Part shown: in pieces, positions 50,873 to 64,000 of the stretch | Layout of the letters: each line of letters starts with the position of its first letter | How positions within the stretch are numbered: the first letter of the stretch is position 1 | Origin: the human T2T-CHM13v2.0 reference genome, Homo sapiens | Assembly: GCA_009914755.4 (NCBI GenBank) | Contig: CP068257.2 | Span: 288,001 to 352,000 of the forward strand | Direction of reading: 5' to 3' | Length of the DNA: 64,000 bases | Made by a program: the position numbers and the translations under genes | The notes under the pieces: generated by a model | The model's input: the letters and a program-made list of their open reading frames with translations, nothing else | Databases searched by the model: none | What the model was told of the DNA's origin: nothing

Positions 50873-51465
50873 CAGAGAGAGAGAAGTTGGGAAGATTATT
50901 CCAACCGTCACAGATGACACAGGGGTTCACGACTTCTGTGGAGGAAGTAACTGCAGATATGGTGGAAATAACAAGAGCATTAGAATCAGAGACAGAGCCT
51001 GAAGATCTGGCGAGACTGCAGCAGGCTCCGCAGAAAACGTGAGTGGATGAGTTGCTTCCATGGATGAGCAAAGAAAGTGGTTTCTTGAGATGAAATCTAC
51101 TCGTGGTGAAGACAGTGTAAACAATGTTGAGATGACAACAGATTTAGAATAAACTTAGTTGGTACAGCAGAATGAGGGTTTGACAGGATTGAACCCAATG
51201 ATTTACAATAGTACATAAACTTAGTTGGTACAGCTATACGAAGGTTTGACAGGATTGAATCCAATTTTGAAAGTTGTACTGTGGGTAAAAAGCTATCAAA
51301 CAACATCGTATGCTACAGATTATTCTTTTGTGAAAGGGAGAGTCAATTGACACAGCAAACTTCAATGTTGTCTTATTTTAAGAAATTGCCACAGCCACCC
51401 CAACGCTCAGCAACCACCACCTTACATTAAGGCAAGACCCTCCATCAGCAAAAAGACTGAAACTT

Positions 51466-51731
51466 GGCCAGGTGCAGTGGCTCACACCTGTCATCCCAAC
51501 ACCTTGGGAGGCCAAGGTGGGTGGATTGCTTGAGCTCAGGAGGTCAAGGCAACATGGCAAAACCCCATCTCTACAAAAAAAAAAAAAAAAAAATAGCTGG
51601 ACATGGTGGCATGCACCTGTAGTCCCAGCTAGTCAGTAGTCTGAGGTGGGGGTTTGATTGAGCATGAGGTTGAGGCTGCAATTACTCCAGCCTGAGCCAC
51701 AGAGTAAAACCCTGTCACAAACACAAAAAAA
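51466..51731 (+). mobile_element. Alu inside the Tigger1 3' region
   Basis: ggccaggtgcagtggctcacacctgtcatcccaacaccttgggaggccaaggtgggtggattgcttgagctcaggaggtc...ctccagcctgagccacagagtaaaaccctgtcacaaacacaaaaaaa. Confidence 0.85.
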
Positions 51732-52012
51732 TTGCAGCTTTCGGAAGGCTCAGATGACTGTTGGCACTTGTTAACAATAAAGTATTTGTAAATTAAAGTG
51801 TGCACACTTTGTAGACATATGCTATTGCACACTTCATACAGCACAGTATAAACATACTTTTACATGCACTGGAAAACCAAAATAAATTGTATAACTCACT
51901 TTATTGCAGTGGTATGGAACCAAACCCACATATATCTCTGATGCATGGCCGTCTTGTATTGTACACTTAAAAAAAACTTAAGAGGGTATATTTTAGGTGA
52001 AATGGTCATCTC

Positions 52013-52314
52013 TTTTTTTTTTTTTTTTTTTTTGAGATGGAGTCTCACTCTGTTGCCCAGGCTGGAGTGCAGTGGCATGATCTCGGCTCGCTGCAAGCTC
52101 TGCCTCCTGAGTTCACACCATTATCCTGCCTCAGTCTCCCGAGTAGCTGGGAATACAGGTGCCCACCATCACGCCTGGCTAATTTTCTGTATTTTTAGTA
52201 GAAACGGGGTTTCACTGTGTTAGCCAGGATGGTCTTGATCTCCTGACCTTGTGATCCACCTGCCTTGGCCTCCCAAAGTGCTGGGATTACAGGCGTGAGC
52301 CACCACTCCCGGCC
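52013..52314 (-). mobile_element. Alu
   Basis: Poly-T, then gagatggagtctcactctgttgcccaggctggagtgcagtggcatgatctcggctc...ctcccaaagtgctgggattacaggcgtgagccaccactcccggcc. Confidence 0.9.
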
Positions 52315-52440
52315 TCATTTTTTAAAAAGGGTGAGAATGAGAAATATATGGGGAGTGATGGTCAAGTTTACGGCATTATTTGTTGTGATGAGTCCTGGGG
52401 CGAATACTTATCTCTAAACTCATTAAGATGTATATATTCG

Positions 52441-52757
<317 letters not shown>

Positions 52758-52771
52758 TTAAATATGTGTAA

Positions 52772-53390
<619 letters not shown>

Positions 53391-53525
53391 CAATTTTTAA
53401 ATATATATAATTAAAAATTAATAAAAAACAGGTATTTGCAAGTTTCCATTTTGTTATATGCTTATTATTCTTTATCTTTATGTCAGGTTGCTGTGTCAAT
53501 ACACTTAGGAAACCACAGTTCCTAA

Positions 53526-53877
<352 letters not shown>

Positions 53878-54074
53878 GGAATTTTTTTCTAAAATTTACA
53901 TTTCTGAGTTAAGAATGCTTAAAATATTATAAAAACAGAAGCACAATTCATTATGTGTCTCATTAATTACCTTTATTAAAAACAACACAATTATATTACA
54001 ATAGCCCAAAAAATGTTTAAGCAAATGAAAACAAAACCATGACATACCCAAACTCAGGAGGAGGCAACAAAGGC

Positions 54075-54695
54075 AGTGCTAAAGGGAAGCTTACAGCTGC
54101 AGATGCTTAAATTAAAAAGAAGAAAGATCTCAAACCCATACTAAAGGAAAGCTTACAGCTGCAGATCCTTAAATTAAAAAGAAGAAAGATCTCAAACCCA
54201 TGTTAAAGGGAAGCTTACAGCTGCAAATCCTTAAATTAAAAAGAAGAAAGATCTCAAACCCATGCTAAAGGAAAGCTTACAGCTGCAGATCCTTAAATTA
54301 AAAAGAAGAAAGATCTCAAACCCATGTTAAAGGGAAGCTTACAGCTGCAAATCCTTAAATTAAAAAGAAGAAAGATCTCAAACCCATGCTAAAGGAAAGC
54401 TTACAGCTGCAGATCCTTAAATTAAAAAGAAGAAAGATCTCAAACCCATGTTAAAGGGAAGCTTACAGCTGCAGATCCTTAAATTAAAAAGAAGAAAGAT
54501 CTCAAACCCATGCTAAAGGGAAGCTTACAGCTGCAGATGTTTAAATTAAAAAGAAGAAAGATCTCAAACCCATGCTAAAGGGAAGCTTACAGCTGCAGAT
54601 GCTTAAAATAAAAAGAAGAAAGATCTCAAACCCATGCTAAAGGGAAGCTTATAGCTGCAGGTGCTTAAATTAAAAAAAAGAAAGATCTCAAATCA
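54075..54695. repeat. 62 bp tandem array of about 10 copies, apparently amplified from the ORF2 5' region of the adjoining L1M
   Basis: The unit ccttaaattaaaaagaagaaagatctcaaacccatg(c/t)taaagg(g/a)aagcttacagctgcagat is iterated. The array is contiguous with L1 ORF2 sequence on both sides. Confidence 0.85.
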
Positions 54696-55715
54696 ATAAC
54701 CTAATATTACACCTGAAGGGGAAAAAAAAACTAATGACAAACCAAGCAAAAGGAAGAAAATAACAGATTAGAGCAGAGATAAGCAGAATAAGACCAGAAA
54801 AAAGGAAAAAAACCCACTGAGTTTGTTTTTTTAAAGATCAATAAAAATTTTAAAACTCACAGCTATATTAAGAAAAAAAGAGAAATCTCAAATACTGAAA
54901 TCATAAATAAAAGAGGTGACAGTACAACAGATGCCACAGAACTGAAAAAGATTACAAGAGACTAATGTGAGCAACCATATGCCACAAAACTGGACAACCT
55001 AGAATAAATTTATAAATTCCTAGAAACACAAACCACCATACAGCATCACGGAGAAATAAAAAATCCAAAGAGACCTGTAACTAGTAAGAAGATTCAACCA
55101 GTAATCAAAAACCCCCCAAAAAAGAAAATTCCAGGTCCAGATAACTTCACTGGAAAATTTTACCAAACATTTCAAGAAGAATTAATGCCAATCCTCTGCA
55201 AAATATTCCAAAAATCCTCAAAAACCAGAAGAGGACATTCCAATCCATTCTATCAGGTCAACATTTATCTGGTTCCAGAGCCAGATGAACACCTTTTGTA
55301 ATAAAAACACTCAAAGAATTAGTAATACATGGAAACTCCTCAGTAAATAAAGATTATACATGAAAAGCTCACAGCTAACATCATACTGAATGGTGAAAAA
55401 CTAAAATCTTTTCCTCTAGGATCAGGAATAAGATAGCAACTTCTCTTCCTGCCACTTCTATTCACCAGAGCACTGGAATTTCTACTTAGAATAATTAGGC
55501 AAGAGAAAGTAATAAAAAGCATGCAAATTGGAAAGGAAAAAGTACAAAATTTTGTTCACAGACAACAGGATGTAATGTGTAAAAATCCTGAAATTCCACA
55601 AAATACTGGTAGAATAATGAAATTCAACAAAGTTTCAGGATATAGTAACACACTCAAGTCAGTTGCATTTCTATAAACTAACAATGAACAATCTGCAAAT
55701 AAAATTTTAAAAAGA

Positions 55716-56414
<699 letters not shown>

Positions 56415-57229
56415 TTACCTTTACAACAGCATTAAAAAAATTAGAAATAAGCTTAACCAAGAGGGCAACAGATTTGAACACAGAAAACTACAAAACACTG
56501 TTGAAAGAAATTAAATACAAATAAGTGAAAAGAAAAGTTGGGTTTGCAAATTAGATGATTTCATCTTGGAATGATGTCAACACTACTCGAAGTGACCTAG
56601 ATTCAATACAATCCTTATACAGATTCCAATGACATTTTTGATAAACAGAAAAACCTATCCTAAAATTCATATGGAATCTCCAGGGCCCATGAATAGGCAA
56701 ATCAATCTTGAAACAGAACAAAATTAAAGGTCTCAAAACAATTACAAAACTGCAATAAGCCAAAAAAAAAAAAAATGTGGTCATGGCATAAAGACACTCT
56801 TGACACACTTATGGACCAACACAACAGAGACCTCAGAAACCAATCCTGGCATATATGGTCCGATGATCTTCCACAAGGATGCCAAGACCACTCAATGGTG
56901 AAGGACAGTTTCTGCAACAAATGGTGTTGGGAAAATTGTGTATCTACATGCAAAACAATGAAGTTGGACTCTTACCTTACACCACGTCAAAATTAATTCA
57001 AAGTGAATTATAAACCTAAATGTAAAACTAGAACTATCAAACTCCTAGGGAAAACAAATTTGGAAAATGCTTTATGACGATGAATTTGTCAATAATTTTT
57101 AGGATATGACATTAAAAGCTCAGGCAGTAAAAGCAAAAATATATCAAACCTAAAAACTTCTGTACCACAAAGGTCACAACCAACAGGGTAAAAGGCAAAC
57201 TGTAGAATAAAAGAAAATACCAGTTGAGT

Positions 57230-57460
57230 GTCCCTTATTTGAAATGCTTGGGATGTGTTTCAGATTTTGTAATATTTGCACTATTCTTACTGGTTGAGCA
57301 TCTCGAATTCAAACACCTGAGTCTGAGATGCTCCAATAAGCATTTCCTTTGAGTGTCATGTTGGCACTCAAAAAGTTTCAGACTTTGGAGCATTTGGGAT
57401 TTCAGATTTTTGGATCAGAGACATTCAACCTATAGTTGCTCATCATGTATCTCATAAGAA
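57230..57460. mobile_element. Short palindromic DNA-transposon-derived element (MITE-like), nested in the L1M
   Basis: cagttgagtgtcccttatttgaaatgcttgggatgtgtttcagattttgtaatatttgcac...gcatttcctttgagtgtcatgttggcactcaaaaagtttcagactttggagcatttgggatttcagatttttggatcagagacattcaacct contains an internal palindrome (ctttgagtgtcatgttggcactcaaag). Assigning an exact family would require Dfam. Confidence 0.45.
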
Positions 57461-58530
57461 GTGAACATTCAGAATACGTAAAGTACTCCTACAGAGAGAC
57501 TACCAGAAGCAAAGAGGAGCAAACACATTTTCACACTAGGGCACCTCCTATCTCTCCTGGATTCCAATTAGGGCAGAGTAAGTGCTAGTTCTCTGCCAAC
57601 CCAGGATTAGGCCCTGCAGCTGCAGTGAAAATAATCACAGAAGAAAACTAAGAAATAAAAAATGGAGAAAGTGAGACATCAAACTAGAATTACTAGAAAC
57701 CCCTAGGAAGAAGGAAAAAAAAAACAAGAAAACAGAAAAACAATCAAACCAGTTAATTAAACCTTGGTGTGACCAGAAGATCAGGGTTTCCTAAAGGAGT
57801 GGAAATTTATTGACTTGAAGAGGATTTATTGATTACTGATTTGAAGAGGAAGAAAAACCATGAATGGTCTAAAGCAAAAGCCTAGTGTCTGAAGAAGTCA
57901 GTAGGGTGAAAACAAGAGCTGGCCAGAATATCCACAGATGGTGACAAGTTTGCAAAGCCTTTACTAGACTACATGTGAGGCTAACTAGAGGCCAAGGAGC
58001 CAACACTTCCCCTGTCCTTACAGACAGACCCTACACAGGATTCCCAGATATACATGGAAGGACAACATCTTATCAGGTCCTCTCTGTGCAGATGTGGTTA
58101 TCATTCCAAATAATGAGCTCCAGCTCCAAGACTGTCCCATCCTCAATTGCTTTGAGTGGGCAATGTAGGCTCTCCACACACGAGCTACATGTAGGTTCCT
58201 TGGGTACCCAGATGGGAGACGTGAAATACAAACCTTCCATGGTCAGGTCCGTATCTGTTTCCTGCCTTTTCCCCAGCAATCCCCAGGCCTCAGCAGCAGT
58301 GGTCTACCTCTGCTGATTCTCATTCAGAATCTAAACTTAGAAACAATTAGAACCTAGACCCCAATTCTACCTGAAAGTAACAGAATAACATAATCTATAC
58401 ACTGCAGCATGACTGTTTGCCCAACGTAATGAGGATGAACTGAGAGATAATGAATGATCATGACCCTGGCCCAAGTAACAAGAATGAACTGTGAGATAAA
58501 TGAATGATCATGGCCAAAAAACCCCACTAC
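57460..58530. other. Unclassified insertion, possibly LTR-derived, splitting the L1M ORF2
   Basis: It lies between two collinear L1M ORF2 blocks and has no L1-like translation. The content is AT-rich and non-coding. Confidence 0.3.
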
Positions 58531-59339
58531 AACACAACAACAAAATAAAGTGATTAAAAAATGGACAAAGAACATTTATCCAAAGATGCAAAGATGATAT
58601 ACAAATAGCCAACAGATACATGAGATATATGAGAAGATATGTAACATCACCAGTCATTAAAGAAATGCAAATAGAAACCACGATGGGACATCACTTCTAA
58701 CCCAACAGAAAGTAACAAGTGCAGGCGAAACTGAAACCCTTGAACACTGTTGGTGGAAATATGAACTGGCTCCTCAAAAAAAAATAAAATAAAATGACCA
58801 TATGATCCAGCCATCCAACTTCTACAGAGACAGAATAACTAGTAGCAGGACTTCAAACAGATATGTGCACACCTATGTTCACAGGAGAATTACACAGCCA
58901 CAAGTGGAAGAAACCAAAACGTCCATCCAGGAATAGATGGATAAACAAAAGGATATATATATAGAGAGAGAGAGAGAAAATATATATATATATGAAGAAA
59001 TAGTATTCAGCCATAGAAAGGAAGAAAATCCTGACACATCTGACACATAACATGGAACCTACTTACAAAACAACAAATATTATATAACCCTAGGTATATA
59101 AGCCAAAGTTTTAGAAACACAAAGTAGAATAGTACTTGCCAGGAGGTGGAAGGAAGGGGAAATTAATAGTTGTTGAATGGGTATAGAGTTTTCCAAGATA
59201 AAAAAAAAATCTAGAAATCTGCTACACAACACTGTAAATATTCTTAACTCTACAAAACTGTATACTTACAACTGGTTATGATGGTAAATTTTAAGGTATG
59301 TGTTTGTTACCAAAATTCGAAATAATAAATTATTTATAA

Positions 59340-59639
<300 letters not shown>

Positions 59640-59750
59640 TATAAAAAATTATTTCAAAAAGCCAAAAGATTAATCAAACTGGAATATTTAGAAATATTTA
59701 ACCCAAAAGAAGTTAGGACAGAATATATAGAAGATCAAAAGTCAGACGAA

Positions 59751-60040
59751 GGCCAGGCATGGTGGCTCATGCCTGTAATCTGAACACTTTGGGAGGCCAA
59801 GGTGGGTAGATTGCTTGAGCTCAGGAGTTCAAGACCAGCCTGTGCAACATGGCAAAACCCTATCTCTACAAAAATATAAAAATTAGCCAGGTGTGGTGCC
59901 ATGCACCTGTAGTCCCAGCTACTCAGGGGGCTCAAGTGAGGATTGGTTGGGCCTGGGAGGCAGAGGTTGCAGTGAGCCAAGATTGCACCATTGCACTACA
60001 GTCTTGGTGACAGAGCAAGACCCTGTCTTAAAAAAAATAA
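59751..60040 (+). mobile_element. Alu
   Basis: ggccaggcatggtggctcatgcctgtaatctgaacactttgggaggccaaggtgggtagattgcttgagctcaggagttcaagaccagcctg...cagtcttggtgacagagcaagaccctgtcttaaaaaaaa. Confidence 0.9.
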
Positions 60041-60800
60041 ACAAACAAATAGAAAATAAGTAGAAAAATGGCAGACCTAAATCCAACCTTAGCAATGATT
60101 AGTTACAATGTAACTGGACAAATACTCTACTTAAGACAGAGACTGCCAGACCTGAGAGGAAGGCAAGACCCAACAATATGGCATCCATAGAGACACAATT
60201 TAAACACAAAGACACAAAGAAAGTATGAGAAAAAATATGCTATGCAGGCACTAATCATAAAAATATGCTATCCAGACACTAATCATAAAAAGCTTCAACA
60301 GAGATGTTAACACTAGATGAAAGAGGCTTCAGAGCAAAATGTATCACCAGAAATAAACAGGGTAATTTAATAAAAATAAAAGAATCAGAGAGTATGATGT
60401 TACAACTATAAATTGTGCCTCAAAGTGCACACAAAGTACACACACACACAGAGCCTCAAAGTATGTGAATCAAAAACAACAGAACAAAAGCAGGAAATTG
60501 ACAATCCAAAATTATAGCTGGTGAATTAATACTGCTCTCTCAGTAACTGATGGAACAACCAGATAAAAATATAGGAAAAATATGGATCTAAATGACAAAA
60601 TCCTGACCCAAATGGTACTTGGCAGTACCAAGATAGACTGTATGTCGATCGATTGAGAAAAGGTTCAAACCTGAAATAGTATACAAAGTATGTTGTCTGA
60701 ACATTTGAAATTAAATTAGAAACCAACAACAAATTGATATCCAGAAAAGCCTCAAATGTCTGAAAACCAAGTAATAAACTTTGAAATACCCTGAGTCAAA
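60040..60800 (+). mobile_element. Ancient LINE-1 ORF2 N-terminal fragment (endonuclease region), degenerate
   Basis: The translation reads ...MADLNPTLAMISYNVTGQILYLRQRLPDLRGRQDPTIWHP.RHNLNTKTQRK...SFNRDVNTR.KRLQSKMYHQK.TG.FNKNKRIREYDVTTINCASKCTQST...KQKQEIDNPKL.LVN. This resembles the L1 ORF2 start region. Confidence 0.55.
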
Positions 60801-61330
60801 AAGTATTCACAAGGGGAACTGGAATGTATTTGGAACAAACTTGTTATAAAATCTCATTTCTGGTAGACTAAAGGTGACAACTTCTTTCCTGCTCCTCTCT
60901 CTGTGAGGACAAATTCCCCTTAAACCTTGACCAGACTACTGACTTATTTGGCCAACAGAAGGTGACAAAGGTGGTATTTGGGGACTTCAGAAGCCAGGCT
61001 GAGAAAACAGAACATTTATCCAGGAGAAAGCCAGTCACCAGGCAGGAAATCCCACTCCCCTGAGACCTCATGATGGAAACCACATGGCCAGTCCATGACT
61101 AGCTACACACATTGATATCCCCCACTGAGCCTCCAGCAACACCGACTCCCAACAACTAGTGAGCCTCCAGCAACATCCACTCCCAACCACTAGTGAGCCA
61201 CCCTGCACACCACCCCACTGTGCTTTCACACAATCCAGCTTGGCTGCAACTGTGTGTGAGATGAGCTGGCCACCAAGACTCTCTAAGCCAAAAAACAAGT
61301 AATAATGAGTTGTTTTAAGCTGCCAAGTTT
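60800..61330 (+). mobile_element. MaLR/MLT-like LTR fragment
   Basis: A typical MaLR LTR terminus is present: ctctctaagccaaaaaacaagtaataatgagttgttttaagctgccaagttttggggatggtttcttcag. Confidence 0.4.
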
Positions 61331-62152
61331 TGGGGATGGTTTCTTCAGAATAGATAACTGGAACAGAATATGACAGCTGGAAATGAGCTGCTGTGGTAAT
61401 CAGAAGCTACAATATGTGACACGACTGTGAGGCTGACCTGTAACTGGGCCTCAAGGAGACCATTCATGCAACCTGGAAGGGCATCAAGACTCTTGGTCAG
61501 GGCCTGAAGGATGGTGAGAAAATGTCATTGGAAACTGGAGAAAAGGTCTGAGAGTTACTTGCTGAGGGACTGTGGGAAAACTATGGCCACAACATGGAAA
61601 CTGTAAGGGCACTGCACCATCTCAGGGATCTGCCTAAGGAGACATCTCGGAAGACCATGGAAAGTGCTACCAGCCTCCCCTAACTGTCACTGAATAAATA
61701 TGAGAGGAGAGGCACATGATCTAAACAAGGAGGTTCAGTTTTCAAACAGAATTTAGAGAAAATATAAAGAAATAATTTCTTGTCTCAAAAGGCCAAAGTA
61801 AAAAAAAAAAGAAAGAAAAGAAAAGGAAAAAAAAATGAAAAAGAAGCCATTGAATACCCTATAGACCGTAAGAAAACGGCAGGGAAAGTTGGTCAACGGC
61901 AACCCACGCACTGAAGGAAAAAGAACATGGAGAATGACAAAAGCCCAGAGGGAGGAGTAAAAGGACACAAACACCATTCTCAGGGACCAGGACTGGGCGC
62001 CGTTCTCAGAGACCAGGACTGGGCACTAATCACAGAACTGTAACAGGCACCCCATGGGAATGACCAACTGTTAGACGGGGGCTGCAGGGCAGCACTTCCC
62101 TCTTGCCTCCCACCAACAGCTTCTAAAGGGAAATGTCGACTGTTTTCACACC

Positions 62153-62395
62153 AGTCCCCTCACTGCGGCTGTTTGTGGGCTCAGATGATAGGTCACAACA
62201 ACCTGATTCAGTCCTCACTGTGGCTGTGTGGGGGGGGGTCAGATGACAGGCCACCACAACCTGATTCAGTCCCCACTGTGGCTGTGTGGGGGGGGGGGGC
62301 AGATGACAGGCCACCACAACCTGATTCAGTCCTCACTGCAGCTGAGTGTGTGTGGGTGCAGAAGACAGGCCACCACAACCTGATTCAGGATTCAG
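62153..62395. repeat. Tandem repeat of 4 copies of about 60 bp, containing homopolymer G runs of 9-12
   Basis: gtcctcactgtggctgtgtgggggggggtcagatgacaggccaccacaacctgattca is iterated. Poly-G runs occur at about 62233 and 62287. Confidence 0.85.
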
Positions 62396-63698
62396 TTGGG
62401 CTACCAGCCAGTGCCATAAGGAAAACCATTCTGGGGCTCTTGAGAGGGGCAAAGCATAGTTTGCATGTGGGAGAAATGTTAATAGTTTGTGGCCAGAGGA
62501 CAAGCTGTGGTTTATTAAAGACTGCTGCAGGTTCCTACTATGCTTCTCATCAAGAGGTAGAATCTAATCACCTTCCCCCCTTGAATCATGGCTGGTCTCA
62601 GTGATGAGTGCGACTGGGCAGTGTGGCAGGAGAGATGCTCTGGCACTTCTGAGGGGCGATCATGAGAGGCCTTACAGCTTCTGCCTGGGCCTCTTGGACA
62701 CACACCCTGGGAGAAGCCAGACAAACCTGACTACCTGACGCTGCCAGACTGGGAAGAAGTCCGTGCTGGCCACAAAGAGAGGGCTCGGTGCCTGCTCCAT
62801 GTCCCCAGCCACTAGAGTCCTTCCAGATGAGACCAAGGACATCATGAAGCAACCAACCCGCACCGCCCTGTCCAGTGTCTTGACCCAGAAAATTGTGACA
62901 TGTAAAAAGAATAAATTCCTGGTTTAAGCCAGTAAGGTTACGGGTACATTGTTACATCTCAGATAATTAAAACCTTGAAAAACTCATGAGAGATCACAAG
63001 TAGAACCTTGATCTGAAACATGGCATGTGGCGATTTATATTGAGTATTAGGTTAAAAATGCAAGAATAGAGCATAGTTAATATTTTACGTTAAAGCTAAA
63101 ACTATAATTGCCTACTTAAAATTTTCAGTTAATTAGGTTGTCACTTTTTGTTCTTAACCAAGAAATCAATTAGTATTAGTCGATAAACAGTTAGAACTGA
63201 TGCACACATCCGTTTTTCCTTACTCATTTTAAACAGCTATCTGAAATAGGAAGCGTAATATAATCTTTAAAGAATCTGAAAACATGACAGAAATGTTTAA
63301 ACTATAAACATATATTGTATATGTTAGCATATTGTATACATTGCATATTAACATAAGCTAGAATCATTGACATAAATTTATATAAACAAAAGGTATAAAA
63401 TATGACAATGTTCTTCCTGATTTTTGTCTTTGCATATTTCTTTATTGGCCCTTGTCAAACGTGACCCACTAACTCCTGAATGCTTTCTCTCTCCCCATGG
63501 ATTCCTAAGGATGTCACCACAGTGTTGGCCAGATGCACAGGTCACAGGGGACTGAATCTCATCACCCCACAAACATACCATTCAGGTTTTGCCAAGAATG
63601 ACACTGTAAATGTAACAAAGCTTCCGTGCTTGTTAGTGAACACCAACTCAGCTCCTCTCCTGTATTCAGAAATCAGGATGAGATGAAAACAACAAGCA

Positions 63699-64000
<302 letters not shown>

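Overview
This window is primate, almost certainly human, nuclear DNA. It is not a microbial locus, and I found no intact protein-coding gene, tRNA, rRNA or CRISPR array. About 70% of the window is repeats, so most six-frame ORFs here are translations of repeats. All coordinates are hand-counted and should be treated as accurate to within about 20 bp.

Main contents, left to right:
- 1-2250: an older L1 element on the minus strand carrying two Alu insertions.
- 2697-3773: two spliceable exons of a coiled-coil gene, apparently of the ANKRD26/ANKRD20A/ANKRD30B/CCDC144/POTE type. They carry an in-frame stop and a frameshift, so this is a pseudogene fragment.
- 5070-5550: a G-rich 16-20 bp minisatellite with the motif GGCCTGGTCAGTGGGG. 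The same minisatellite recurs at 26505-27315 and 41701-42215.
- 9040-26480: a roughly 17 kb macrosatellite. Its units are about 3.1-3.4 kb and are built from MaLR (MST/THE1-like) LTR-derived sequence plus unit-specific sequence. Each unit also contains internal inverted subrepeats.
- The window holds two paralogous copies of one segment, about 6820-9830 plus 26340-27680 versus about 39245-42550. In copy 2 the macrosatellite position holds less than one unit.
- 27508-28505: a roughly 200 bp inverted-repeat pair with a spacer of about 550 bp. A second pair, about 100 bp per arm, lies at 7441-8144.
- 29440-33440: an older L1 on the plus strand with an amplified 5'UTR and a degenerate ORF1.
- 34430-36062: a twin-primed L1 with a 5' inversion.
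- 36065-39420: about 4.5 tandem units of a roughly 730 bp repeat that carries an internal 60 bp inverted repeat.
- 42552-46648: about 85 copies of a 48 bp satellite, possibly the CER satellite. It ends against a MaLR LTR tail.
- 46850-60800: nested debris of L1M, Tigger1 and Alu elements, with several small tandem arrays.

The overall architecture, with satellites, a macrosatellite, intra-window duplications and a pseudogene, looks pericentromeric or acrocentric-like. That placement is an inference, not a measurement.
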